The notes beneath the pieces were generated by a model. The model was not told the DNA's origin. It did not search any database and saw only the letters and a list, made by a program, of their open reading frames with translations. Below, in pieces: positions 38,698 through 51,422 of a DNA stretch of 56,543 nucleotides (the first letter of the stretch is position 1; each line of letters opens with the position of its first letter). The translations under genes and the position numbers were made by a program. The DNA lies in assembly GCF_001194135.2 (NCBI RefSeq), contig NC_068995.1:42932366-42988908 (forward strand). Direction: 5' to 3'. The DNA is from Octopus bimaculoides (lineage: Eukaryota).

Positions 38698-40296
38698 TAA
38701 AAGAATTTGAACAACACCTGCGTTTAACTCCATTGATATATATATATATTATATACTGAGGGTGATAAATTGAATATTAATTTCAATTTAAAACCAGTGG
38801 TCTAGCATATAAAAAAATCTGATGATTCAGAAAAATTGTAGGAGAATTTGTTTTGTGGATTTTACAATGCAAATGAATTTTTAAAACGTGTATTGATTTT
38901 TAGATTGATTTATTCACATATATACCAAAGTAGTTTCAACCATTCTTTTTATCAACAGTACAAATGTATATGAAACTAAGGGGTCTTAATAGATTTTAAA
39001 ATTAAGGAGTTGAAATCGAACGAACATTTTTAGAAGATCAAATTTTCACATAAAATTCAATGAGTGTCACAGGGATTGATAATATAAAAGTAAACGTTTG
39101 TCGAAGAATATACAAATAGACATTACTAAAAGATCGGACATATTGAGTTTTTATAGAGTACGTGGACAAGAGAGGGAAAAGAAGAGGGGAAGAGTGGAAA
39201 AAAAGATGTCTTTCCAATTTCTGTTGCGGTGCTAGGAATGCTTTTTTTCTGTCACCTACTAGGCTCTGCACGTTTAACGGAATATTTTGGGAAACAGAGA
39301 ATATCTTTTTCATGTATGTTTTTACGCGAAAGGATCTAATCTTTGATTCGTTATAATATTGATGACATATTCTTTCTGGTGGATATTTTTGTCATCAGTG
39401 TTTTGGTTGGTTGGTTGGTTGGTTGGTTGGTTGGTAGTAGGTTTCGTGATAACACGTTATTTTGAGGTCACTGTTTTTGTTCAAGTTCGGACTTCTGCTT
39501 AGTTGATTTCCCTGTAAGAACTCGGTCATTAGTTTTTGCCTAATGTCCATCAACCGTTCCCGTTGGTTGATTATCTTAAGGTGTCAGTTTGATTTTTTTA
39601 TGAGGGTCCGGTCCTGAATCGAAGGTAGAATTTTATTGGTCTAGTGAGAAGTGATATCAGCAACTTGTGTTTGAGAAAGTGTATGGTGTTATTGTATATT
39701 GATTGGGAGTTGGGGTTAATATATACATACAAACCATACACAAACATCTAGAACATTTGTAGTCTTTGTTAATCTTCCCGTGTCATTTTCCCATATGAAA
39801 TTATTGCGTATAAACAAAAAATATACCCCCCATGTATAGATAATCACAAAGCACCCATATTGGCATAGTCCTTCACACGTACTCATATATATGCTCTGAC
39901 ATCGTACACCACAATATATTTGACTTCTCTATTCATAAAGCTCCCCATGCATGCAATAAAATTCCCTTGTAGTACACAACCATAAACATTTTTAAAAAGC
40001 ACTTTGCAATACGTTTTTTTTTTTTGTATCTGAGTTTAATTTTGTTTGCATGCAACTTTGCATTTCTGTCAAGAAGGCTGTGATCTATTGTGAAACTGAT
40101 TGGCTACACAATACTACAAGTATTGGCTGATTAAAAGACGTAACATTTCGCTGCTACTACATCTAATCATTTCTTTACAATCAAGAGCCATGCGGTATTG
40201 TGACAGAACAAAACCCTCTGACGAATCGCCATTTTGAAGCCTATTCATTATAACAACACTTGACATTTCAGCACAACAGATGTACACAAGGACATG

Positions 40297-40407
<111 letters not shown>

Positions 40408-41116
40408 ACATCTATACACATACATACATATATATATATAAGGGCACACAGAGACACACATAAGCTCACACAGATACACACGCATATACACATATAGAGA
40501 GACAGACAGACACGGAGGGAGGTTTGTGCGTGAGCGTATGGATCTGTGAATCTATTGTTGTGTACAATATAAGTGGAAGATAGATGTCTGCTATGTGAAT
40601 AACAATTGATTACACACACACACACGCATATGTCTATATCTGACAATATATATATGAATGCATATATATATATGTGTGTTAGTGTGTGAATATATGTATG
40701 TGTATATTATATATGTATATATAGATGTTTATATATGTATATATATACGTATATATATATATATATGTGTATATATGTATATATATATGTATATATATAT
40801 AAGTATATATATATATGTATTTATATATGTATGTATATATATATNNNNNNNNNNNNNNNNNNNNNNNNNNNNNNNNNNNNNNNNNNNNNNNNNNNNNNNN
40901 NNNNNNNNNNNNNNNNNNNNNNNNNNNNNNNNNNNNNNNNNNNNNNNNNNNNNNNNNNNNNNNNNNNNNNNNNNNNNNNNNNNNNNNNNNNNNNNNNNNN
41001 NNNNNNNNNNNNNNNNNNNNNNNNNNNNNNNNNNNNNNNNNNNNNNNNNNNNNNNNNNNNNNNNNNNNNNNNNNNNNNNNNNNNNNNNNNNNNNNNNNNN
41101 NNNNNNNNNNNNNNNN

Positions 41117-41185
<69 letters not shown>

Positions 41186-41589
41186 CATATTCACAAAATA
41201 AGAGAAAGTCAGCTATACACATGCAATAAGTTAGCTCAGCCCTAATCACTGAAAGGTTTCACAATTCTGCCTTTAGCTATTTTCCTTATATACTTAAAAA
41301 ACAAAATATAAGATACCTCAATTCTCAATGCTCTTTGTATTTCTCTACAGAGGGTTTTATGATGCTTTGAACTATAGCGCACTTCATCAAGGCTAAATGA
41401 TATGTAAACATTTTCTTTCCTTTCAAATCCGAACTTCGATGAATTAACGATGGTTTACTCCTCTATTTTGTTCCAATTGTTAAAAATTATTTAATATTTT
41501 GTAAAATATTTCGTAACAACTATTACGTTTATGTATTTGCTTTGCAAGATTCCTGATGTGAAATCGTGTATTGAAACAGATGTTGTTAT

Positions 41590-43225
41590 ATTTCGGGATG
41601 GTCGTTTTCTGTTTCTTTGCCAAACAAACACACGCTATATACTCGTTCTTCACTTCAGCTTTAGTATCGTTCTTATTTTACTGTCCTTTGTCTGAAATCT
41701 TCCGTCACAGACCCTGTGATCTCTTTAGCCACACTCCATCCCATGTATCTCTTCCTGTTCTGTTTAGTCCATTCTGTTGTTCCAAAGTGCGCATCCTCAT
41801 CGGCGCATGTGTTTGTATCAGTGTCTGTGTGGATGTGCGTTTGTATGCATATTTCTGTGTTTTGTACGGGTTTTTGTGTATCTATATGGGTTTGCTTACT
41901 ATACTGTTTGTACTCGTGTCCTTTATTTTGATTTTTAAAATTTATTTACTTATTTATCCCTCTATATACCCTCATTCCGTTCTAAGTATGTGTATGTGGG
42001 TCTTTTGTATATGGTTTATGTATTATACTGCTTGAAACTGTATCTTTTATATTTATTTATTTTTAAATTAAATTTTTTTCTCTCATTCTGTCTTCAACCG
42101 CCATGTCTCGCAGTGTGATGTTGGTGGGGTTTATTGCGTTGTGCGGGGTGCTAGTTCGCCGCCCGAACTAGCATGTATGTTTAGGAACATATTAGATAAA
42201 GTAAATCTACGAATTAAATAGTAGAAATGTCAAAAACCCCCATAAAATCTCCCTGATCAATAGAGCACATCCATTCAAATGCACCCATGTACGACTAACA
42301 ACTGTATGATGTATAGGATGTACCCACAAGTTAACTGTAAGATTAGGAATGTAGTCTATATCATACTGTGTACAGAGAGACGGTGCAGAGGCAAGATAAC
42401 AACATATACTTGTGAGACAGCACATAGCATAGGAGAGCAAAAAGGTGAACACTGATAGGGGCTACAAGACGAGAAAAACTCGCCAGGGCTCTACCAACAT
42501 GCTCCATTAGAACAGAAAGGCTCGGTTAATAATATAAATGTTAAGGTATTTTCAACACATAGAACAGACAAAACAATTAGAAAAGTTGCAGAGGCCACAC
42601 ACTTAATAGCAGACAGATCGAGCTTCAACAGAAAATACGAATTTAACAATAACACCCACCACCACGACGCTACTCAACATGAAAACTAAAGACAAAACAA
42701 AGGCAAAGAATTAAAAAAAAAAAAGAAAACGACAGATACGAACAGAATAATACATAAAACCACACACACACAAGCTCACACACACATAAAAGATACATAC
42801 AGATGCTTAAGACAGACAGAGACAAATATAGAAAAATAAATGAGAAAATCAATGACAAATGACAAAATACAAGACACGGCACACAAGACACACATACAAG
42901 ACACACAGACATGTACACACACGTGACGCACGTGAGAGCGCGCGCACACACACACACACATATACACACATACGCACGAACGCACTCACATATACAGACG
43001 TAAGGTGAGGATACAACATAATAGAAAGTGACAGGGGACTTCACAAAATAGGAGACGGGTGGAATGGCGAGTCGCAGAATGGGTTACAAGACACGTGGCA
43101 AAAGATTTCAGACAAAGGACACTAAAATAAGAACAATAGTAAATATGAGGTGAACAACAAGTATGTAGTGGGTTTGTTAATTTAGTACGTGTGGTTATTT
43201 AGCAAAGAAAGTAACGACCCCGAAA
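41590..43225 (+). mobile_element. Old 5'-truncated PLE: inverted pLTR, GIY-YIG remnant, 3' pLTR
   Basis: 42345-42689 reads RNVVYIILCTERRCRGKITTYTCETAHSIGEQKGEH**GLQDEKNSPGLYQH...DKTIRKVAEATHLIADRSSFNRKYE; 41590-42135 is a diverged reverse complement of ~42645-43225 (shared TGTCCTTTGTCTGAAATCTT). Confidence 0.75.
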
Positions 43226-43780
43226 GACAAACAATATTCATCACATATAACTTTGGCGAAAAGCTTTCAGTTTCTTTCTTAATATCCCCTCGCAACATAT
43301 ATATATATATATATATATANNNNNNNNNNNNNNNNNNNNNNNNNNNNNNNNNNNNNNNNNNNNNNNNNNNNNNNNNNNNNNNNNNNNNNNNNNNNNNNNN
43401 NNNNNNNNNNNNNNNNNNNNNNNNNNNNNNNNNNNNNNNNNNNNNNNNNNNNNNNNNNNNNNNNNNNNNNNNNNNNNNNNNNNNNNNNNNNNNNNNNNNN
43501 NNNNNNNNNNNNNNNNNNNNNNNNNNNNNNNNNNNNNNNNNNNNNNNNNNNNNNNNNNNNNNNNNNNNNNNNNNNNNNNNNNNNNNNNNNNNNNNNNNNN
43601 NNNNNNNNNNNNNNNNNNNNNNNNNNNNNNNNNNNNNNNNNNNNNNNNNNNNNNNNNNNNNNNNNNNNNNNNNNNNNNNNNNNNNNNNNNNNNNNNNNNN
43701 NNNNNNNNNNNNNNNNNNNNNNNNNNNNNNNNNNNNNNNNNNNNNNNNNNNNNNNNNNNNNNNNNNNNNNNNNNNNNNNN

Positions 43781-43831
<51 letters not shown>

Positions 43832-44089
43832 CATACATATATATATTTGTGTGTATATGTATATACAAACATACTATACGTATATACATATGATGTGTGT
43901 GTATGTATAAAAGAATAAAAAATAGAATGTCCTTGATACAGTATTATATATCTGAAAAAATTTACATAAATGCCTTTTCTGATAATTTTTACACTTTAAT
44001 AATTAGATATTGACACCCAATAGCATAAACGTCTAAATATTGAAGTGAAAAACTTCATTGTTTCATATACTTTATTATCTCTCCTTCTT

Positions 44090-44285
44090 CTAGCTCTCCT
44101 ATGTGACCCCTCTGTCCGGCATTCGCCATGATGGATCGCTAGCGACTGCACATTCTTTATGTTCTCTCCCTGTTTCTTTCTGTGTTCCTTTCTGCGGAAG
44201 AGCGTAGGCTCGAAACGTTAAAGACTCTTTCACTTCCCGAGCGTTAAACTAATACATCTGTTTGTTGCCTTCGTCTTTCGTTTTC
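44090..44285 (+). mobile_element. PLE-type terminal repeat fragment with a hammerhead-like motif
   Basis: GGAAGAGCGTAGGCTCGAAACGTTAAAGAC...CCCGAGCGTTAAACTAATAC resembles a repeat I recall from Octopus; family assignment not verified. Confidence 0.5.
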
Positions 44286-45128
44286 TTTTTTTGTGAATTC
44301 TCCCCCACCCCTATATATATATATATATATAAATGTATGTATATGTATGTACATACATGTACATACAAGTATATACATGTATATATGTATGTGCGTGTTC
44401 CTGTGCTTGTGTGTGTGTGTGTGTGTGTGTGCGTGTGTGTGTATATGTCTGTGTCTGTGTGTAAGTTTGTCTTTCAGTAACAGCTTTACTTCTGAGATCT
44501 AAGACGGTCATTACACAGTATTAATTAAAGGAATTTAAGCAACAAACGGAAGAGCAACATTAGCGGCGATAGAAATAATTACACATCAGCACATGTAAAC
44601 ATTTCAGTAACAGCAGCAGCAGTAGTAGTAGTATCACCCCCACCATCATCATTGTCAGCAGCAGTAACAGTAGCAGCAGCAGCAGCAGCAGCAGTGGCAG
44701 CATCAAGTACAATTGTTACAACATCTAAATAGCAACAGGTCCAGCTGCATCGTCAAATGGAAAAATTCTGCAGTAGATACAACGTTAGACGTAGCCGCAA
44801 CTGAAACAAGCAGGATAATAACATTAAAGAAATGGTAAGAAGAAGAATATGATGAACAACACTATCGCTAAATATAGTGACAGCGGCAACATCAATCTCT
44901 ATCAACAGCTGCACTAACATCAAAAGTAACAGATAAAATCACTACAATAACGTCAAAAATAAAAATGGTTGCTGCTCTAATAATATCAATATGTATCAGA
45001 GCTTATAACTAGGAATTAAATTTTGGGAGATTCGGCATTTTAAGTTAATTTCTGTTTCATTTAGTGCGAGAGTGTTATGTAAATATTTATATATAAATCG
45101 ATACGCACTTTCCATATTCTGGTACATC

Positions 45129-45174
<46 letters not shown>

Positions 45175-45184
45175 NNNNNNNNNN

Positions 45185-45231
<47 letters not shown>

Positions 45232-45854
45232 CACGCTCTCTCCCTCTATCTCTCTCTCTCTCTATATCTATCTATCTATCTATCTATGCGTTTGTGTGCT
45301 TGTCTGTCTCCCAATCTGACTATCTATCTATCAACCTGTATATGGAAGTATATATATATATATATACACACGCCTATATATATATACATTTGTGTGTGTG
45401 TGTGTGTGCGTGCGTGCGTGTGTGTGTGCTTGAATGTGTGTGTGTATTTGTCCCCACACGTTCGTGTGCATGTATGTATGTATGTACTGTTTATCCGCTG
45501 GACTCTGGAAACATGATTCTCTTAAGCCTATACTCTGTCTTCATTTGAAGCATGGTCTTCCCACCTTCATACAGGTTATATCGCATGGGCTACGCCCGAA
45601 ACGTCATACACTCTCTCTTTCCTTTCCTGAGCGCCCAATAATGCTATCCATATCACGTCCTCACTTTGTTGTTTTTTTGTTTTTTTGTTATTGTTTTTTT
45701 GAACTATATATANNNNNNNNNNNNNNNNNNNNNNNNNNNNNNNNNNNNNNNNNNNNNNNNNNNNNNNNNNNNNNNNNNNNNNNNNNNNNNNNNNNNNNNN
45801 NNNNNNNNNNNNNNNNNNNNNNNNNNNNGTGTGCGCCTGCTCGCGCATGTGTAT

Positions 45855-45869
45855 AGCCAGTCAGCCAGG

Positions 45870-45900
<31 letters not shown>

Positions 45901-45904
45901 ACGT

Positions 45905-45994
<90 letters not shown>

Positions 45995-46001
45995 GGATAG
46001 A
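45855..46001. repeat. Compound tetranucleotide array (AGCC)n-(AGAC)n-(AGAT)n
   Basis: Read directly. Confidence 0.95.
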
Positions 46002-46419
46002 TTTATGTAGCCAACTGGCAAAGTCATCAAAGTACTGGAAAGAATGCCTTACCGTATTTTTGGATCTGAGATTAAATCATTCATGGCCTACTTGACTTGT
46101 AAGCATAATCCACTGGCAGGTGTACACAAACACCTGGTAGATTGTGGTTTTGTTGAAGCCTATTTTGGAGCCCCTATAACAGATCAATGGGACTGCTTTG
46201 ATTGCTTTCCTTTCCAGATATCCCGTATAATTATATACGCACACATACATACACACACGCACTTATATATATATATTCTGTTATTCTTTTGCGTGTTCCA
46301 GCCATATTGCTGCGGTCATGGCAAAGCACCCCTATGCCTTTGTACCCTTTCCAGAGCGCTCTTATGTAGTTGATTTCTTCTGGGCGTTGGGATTTCATAT
46401 GATTGTTCTTGCATGTGAT

Positions 46420-46750
46420 TTGTTTCCTCGTTGTTGGTTTGTTTACCCTCTTTCGAATTTCATGCCGGGACATTGGCTCGTTCGATATCGTGCTTATCCT
46501 CATCCACATTATGTAGCTTTCTCAATTCTTGTAACAGAGCATTGAAAAGCTATAAGATTTTGGAACCTAAGATGTTGTAGGACTTGATCCTCACTTTAGA
46601 TGGATGGGCGGGACACAAATGCCTGTACGTGACGCCACTGGCATTCGCTGCAGGCATTTGTATAACTTCGAGTACTGGAGTTTGATGCTAGTACATCCAT
46701 GAGTTTTCACATATAGGTTATGATATATCTTTTACGTCTTTACACCCCTG
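46420..46750 (-). mobile_element. Decayed 3' end of a CR1/L2-group LINE ORF2
   Basis: Minus strand gives PSKVRIKSYNILG and FNALLQELRKLHNVDED, resembling the LFNxLPxxLRxL terminal motif. Confidence 0.55.
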
Positions 46751-47334
46751 ATTTAATAGAACAACGGCAATGAATGCTTTTCTATTAATACTGACACTAA
46801 GCGATTTATAGAATCTGTCTGCTAATGCCGAGAGTTCATTGTGACCATTTCTATATAGATTTTAATGATAAATAATATGAAACCACAAAACTCTGCTGCA
46901 AATGTAGTTTTAAATTATCATACAGAATATGCAATTTTTATTTACATTTCATCGTTTTCACCCTCTGGACTACATAGATATATTCTGCGATAGAAATGTA
47001 TTTACAGAAAAAATATTGGTATCTACATTTGATTTTTCGTATGTTAAATAATTTCTTTTCCACACCGTAAATTTCACAAACACCTGTTACAGGGTCTCCA
47101 CATTGCAGCTTTTCATTTATCTCTAGTTACATTCTAACATTCATGTTCTCATTCATTTACGAATTTCACTATCACTTCATGATGTTTAAATTCTAAAGAT
47201 AGAATATTTTTTTAAGCAAAGAAACATTTCAGTATTTACTGAGATAATGTATATGCAGCAGATGCCACGATATATTGGTGATAATCAAGATCCGGGTTTC
47301 GATACCAAATGTGATGCTGTCCTGTCCCCAATAG

Positions 47335-47374
<40 letters not shown>

Positions 47375-47974
47375 ATCCTTCCAATGTAAAAACCCTTGAT
47401 CGAGTGCTTAACTATTGCTATAAGTGTTAACTCTTATGTTGTCACTCGACATGCTTAGCTATATCAGGAAAATCTCTTTGGAAACTGAACAATCGTCAAA
47501 AAGGTTTTCCTTTCTCTTTCTTTTTCTCTTCACATATTTGTGTGTATTGAAACATGTATGGACAGACANNNNNNNNNNNNNNNNNNNNNNNNNNNNNNNN
47601 NNNNNNNNNNNNTATATATATATGTATGTATGTATGTATATGTATATATCTATGAAAAAACATTTGAATGAGAAAAACCTGTTGGAAGGAAATTTTTTCA
47701 AGACGTCAATTTTAATCTGCAGATTGAAACTATATTACATGAAATGATTTTTTATCTCATAAATATGATTTTCAAATATTTTCATTGAATCAACAAATTT
47801 TTCAAATCTAAGGAAAATTTATTTCTCTGAATTTTAGTTGAATGTATTGACCTTTTTGCCGAACTGCTGTGTTACAGAGACGGTAATAAAACAGCACCGA
47901 TTGTCAAGTAGTGATGATAGATAAACATAGCCACAAAGGAACGAGCGTGCATGCACATACACACAAACGTACTC

Positions 47975-48133
47975 ATCTATACGACAGGTTCTTGTCTACC
48001 AAAGCCAATCACAAGGTAATGGGCGGCTCGTAGCTATAGTAGAAAACACTTGTCCAAGGTGCCACGCAGTGAGACTGAACCCTGAACCATATGGTTGGGA
48101 AGCAAGCTTCTTACTACACAGCCACGCCTGCGC
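47975..48133 (-). mobile_element. 5' half of SINE family A
   Basis: Reverse complement of 22776-22928. Confidence 0.85.
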
Positions 48134-48758
48134 CTATATATACACATATATCCATATAACAATTAAAGCTATATACTTTTGCTTCATACTGATGTAAGTA
48201 AACGACTTCTGTGTAGAAGCCAGGCGAATCTGTATATGTTTGTTTTGAACATATGATACCGTTGAGGATTGCAAATACAACTTTATTCTCTTATGTTTAT
48301 ACTTTTTGTATATCTTTTTGTATATCTTCGTGGTAAAAAACAATTTGCTTTTGTTTTTGTTTCTAGATTTTGAACGCCTTCTCCGCGTGTAACTGCGTCA
48401 ATGACCGTAGATCTGCGATTCTACTGATTCGTTACTTTATTCCCGTTATTCTGTTAATTGGTTTATTTTGATGTGAAATGATTGTTTATTACACACGCAC
48501 GCGCATGCACTCAGGTAATATCTAACGTTACACAACCGCGTACACATATATATGCGTATGCATATATAGATGTATATACTAATAACATGTAAACATTAAC
48601 TACTTGAAAATATAATTACATAAGTAGTACATGCTTACAAATAGCATGCTATTTCATTCAACACATATGTATGTGTGTGTGTATGTGTTTGTGTGTTTGT
48701 ATGTGCGTTTGTTTGTGTGCGTGCGTGCGTGTGCGCGTGCTTGCATTAATGTAGTGCG

Positions 48759-48813
<55 letters not shown>

Positions 48814-49574
48814 ATATGTAAGTGTGTATGTATATAGGTATGTATGTATGTATACACCTACATAGATACACACTTTCACGCACCCACAAGCACATTCATT
48901 ACACACACCTTCGCATCCACACGCAGGTAAGAATTAAATAATTATGTCATTTTGAATTCTATAACCAAATGCGTAGAAGCTGCAAGCTGTTTCATTCTGA
49001 ATGGGAAGATTCAAAGCTTTGAAATGAAAACGTATAATTTTCTGCAAATAAGCAATAGTTCAGTGAGAGGCAGATTGAGAGATTGAAAGAGGGAGAGAGA
49101 GATAGGAGGGAGAGATGGAGAGAGAGACAATGACAGAGAGGTGGAAGGAGGGAATTGTGTTTTGAGAATATAGACGAAGCGAATCTGTGTAGAAGAATAG
49201 GTATCAAACCATTTTTTCGGGTGTTTAAAGTAATGTAAAATCTTGCTGGAAGAGCGAATTTGTAAAATGAAGTTTAGCAATGAAATAAACAGAAATAAAA
49301 ATGCGTTGCCATTGAGATAGTGGATTGGAAAATCACAAAATATTATTGAAGAAAATGATTTGTGTCGTCGCTTACAATCTTGTAGGGGTCATGTTAAAAT
49401 ATTTAGTAACTCATAAATGTATTATAGGGGTTCAAGAAGTACCTAAGTCATGGGTGTGAGTTAAATATACTCAAATGTCCTTTAAAGAAGTTTAAAACAT
49501 ATAGAATTATTTAAAGTTCGTAAAACATGAGTCGATGAGATAAAGGATATGTCCTGGTCTGGCAAAATTTCTAG

Positions 49575-49800
49575 TCTTTAATAATTGATTCGAACTTTGG
49601 TACAAATCCAGCAAATTTAAGGGGCAAGTTAGACGATTACGTCCAGTATTTCATTTTGAATCTATTTTTATCGACCCTGAAAGGATGAAACGCAGAGGCA
49701 ACCTTGGCAGAATTTGAACTGAGAACGTAAACAACAGGATGTAATACCACCAATCATTATTGTCTGAAGCTGTAGCTATTCTACCAACCGATCGCCTTAC
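49575..49800 (-). mobile_element. Decayed SINE family B
   Basis: TCGACCCTGAAAGGATGAAA...GGCAGAATTTGAACTGAGAACGTAA. Confidence 0.7.
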
Positions 49801-51136
49801 TAGAATTTTAGCTAACAACTAAATTAAATAACAATAAACAAGGTAAATACGATGCATTTGAATTTCTAACTTGACAAACCGTACCATTGAGAAGATGTAT
49901 ATTTACACTGGTCAACAAAATGAAACTTTCTTTTATTATCAGAGTTGCTGATTAACTTTATGAAAAAAAAAAGATTATGAAAACATAAAATTACAAAATG
50001 ATTGCAAATAGTTATAAAACAGAAGTCAGAATTTAGCTGTATAAGACGTTTACGTGTAGCGATACAGCTGATGGGAATTATATCAGAAAAAAATTGTGCT
50101 TGATTACATTTTTGAAATCTGCGGATAAAACTACATATAAAACACCATATAATATCCCTGATGATAACTGGCTGCTTAACAGTGTTATACTTCAGATTTG
50201 TGGGAGTCGATGGAAAATTCATAAAAGAAAATATAAGCATCTTAAAAGCGTTCCATGAATACTAAAAGGAATAATAAAATAAAAATGCGACGAAGAAAAA
50301 AATGAATCTTTTAAATTGAAAAGTATTCAACTTACACTGTTGGTTATATAAAGGTAAAAATGTACGTACAAATATAATGAAATGGAGGAAAATTAATGGG
50401 TAAAATAATGGCTAAACTGAGTTAAGAAATATATGATATGCAACGCCTCATACTGAAATAGAAAATGAAAATAACACAGTTATAATGGAAGTGGAGTTAT
50501 ACTTATTGATTTACAAGAAAGAAATGAATGACATTAAATTTAAGTTGACAAATCGTCTTTTATAGGTATCCAGATGAAGATCATGATTCACAGCAAGCGA
50601 CCTCCCTTTGTCTAGTGGTCAGTTTGACAGCTTTCTTCAGTTACTTCTTTGTTTAGTTAAATTTAACAATGCGGTAGCAGATCGGGTGGAAAATTGGAGA
50701 AACACATTTATATCTCTTTACAAATTTATCTTTTGAAGAAAAATATTCTTTCATAGTGTCTATTATACGTTAAACATAGCAATGAATTTTTCCAACTACA
50801 GCTTTTTCCAAATGTCCTGAAGAAGAGTTCTTCAACCCGAAATAAAGAAATACAATGTAAAACTGTATCTTTGTTTTGTTTTCTTTTCCTTTTGTAGTTT
50901 CCTTTGTCCATTCTCGGCCTAACACAACAACCTTCTTTAAGATTTCGACCTTACAGAACAACCTTCTTCAAAGTTATACTACTGAATGCTTCACCCAAAC
51001 TACCTCATTTTCACACACACATACACACACACGCACACAAACACACGCAAACACATACACACACATACCCACACATATCCTTCAAGTTCGTTTAGGGAAG
51101 TGTTTTGAGTATGTATATAATGCTCCTATTATCCAG

Positions 51137-51422
51137 ACTGAAGCCTAAGGATGCCAACTGGCGATACCAGTTCTTAGGGGTTGCACTGGGCTGTGCCGAT
51201 ACAATTTATGATAAATATAGTAATAATAATAAGCCTTGGATGGAATATATGAATATTTTAATGCATCACTACGCGCGTTTCCTCAAATCACATGCTTCTT
51301 ACGATCATAGTTTGTGTTCCTGGGTGATTACAGTGAAGGACTGCAGGAATCCAGTCTGTAATCCTAGGAACACGGACTATGTTCCTAAAAAACCTGTGAA
51401 CGAAAATAGAGTGGACGGTTAA
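51137..51422 (+). CDS. Candidate terminal coding exon of an unidentified protein
   Basis: Acceptor tgctcctattatccag, then a non-repetitive open frame LKPKDANWRYQFLGVALGCADTIYDKY...CSWVITVKDCRNPVCNP...RVDG*; more GC-rich than its flanks; followed by an AT-rich tract with AATAAA at 51814. Confidence 0.35.

Larger units (their letters stand above)
38431..38734. mobile_element. Palindromic non-autonomous element (~150-bp arms, 5-nt loop) built from a hammerhead-bearing, PLE pLTR-like unit
   Basis: 38431-38580 is the reverse complement of 38586-38734 (roughly 85-90%); TA-rich flanks. Confidence 0.85.

Noticed and set aside
46008-46200. Protein-like frame [30 protein letters not shown]...
   Set aside because: It starts directly after a (GATA)n array with a weak acceptor, lies near LINE debris and matches no family I recognise.
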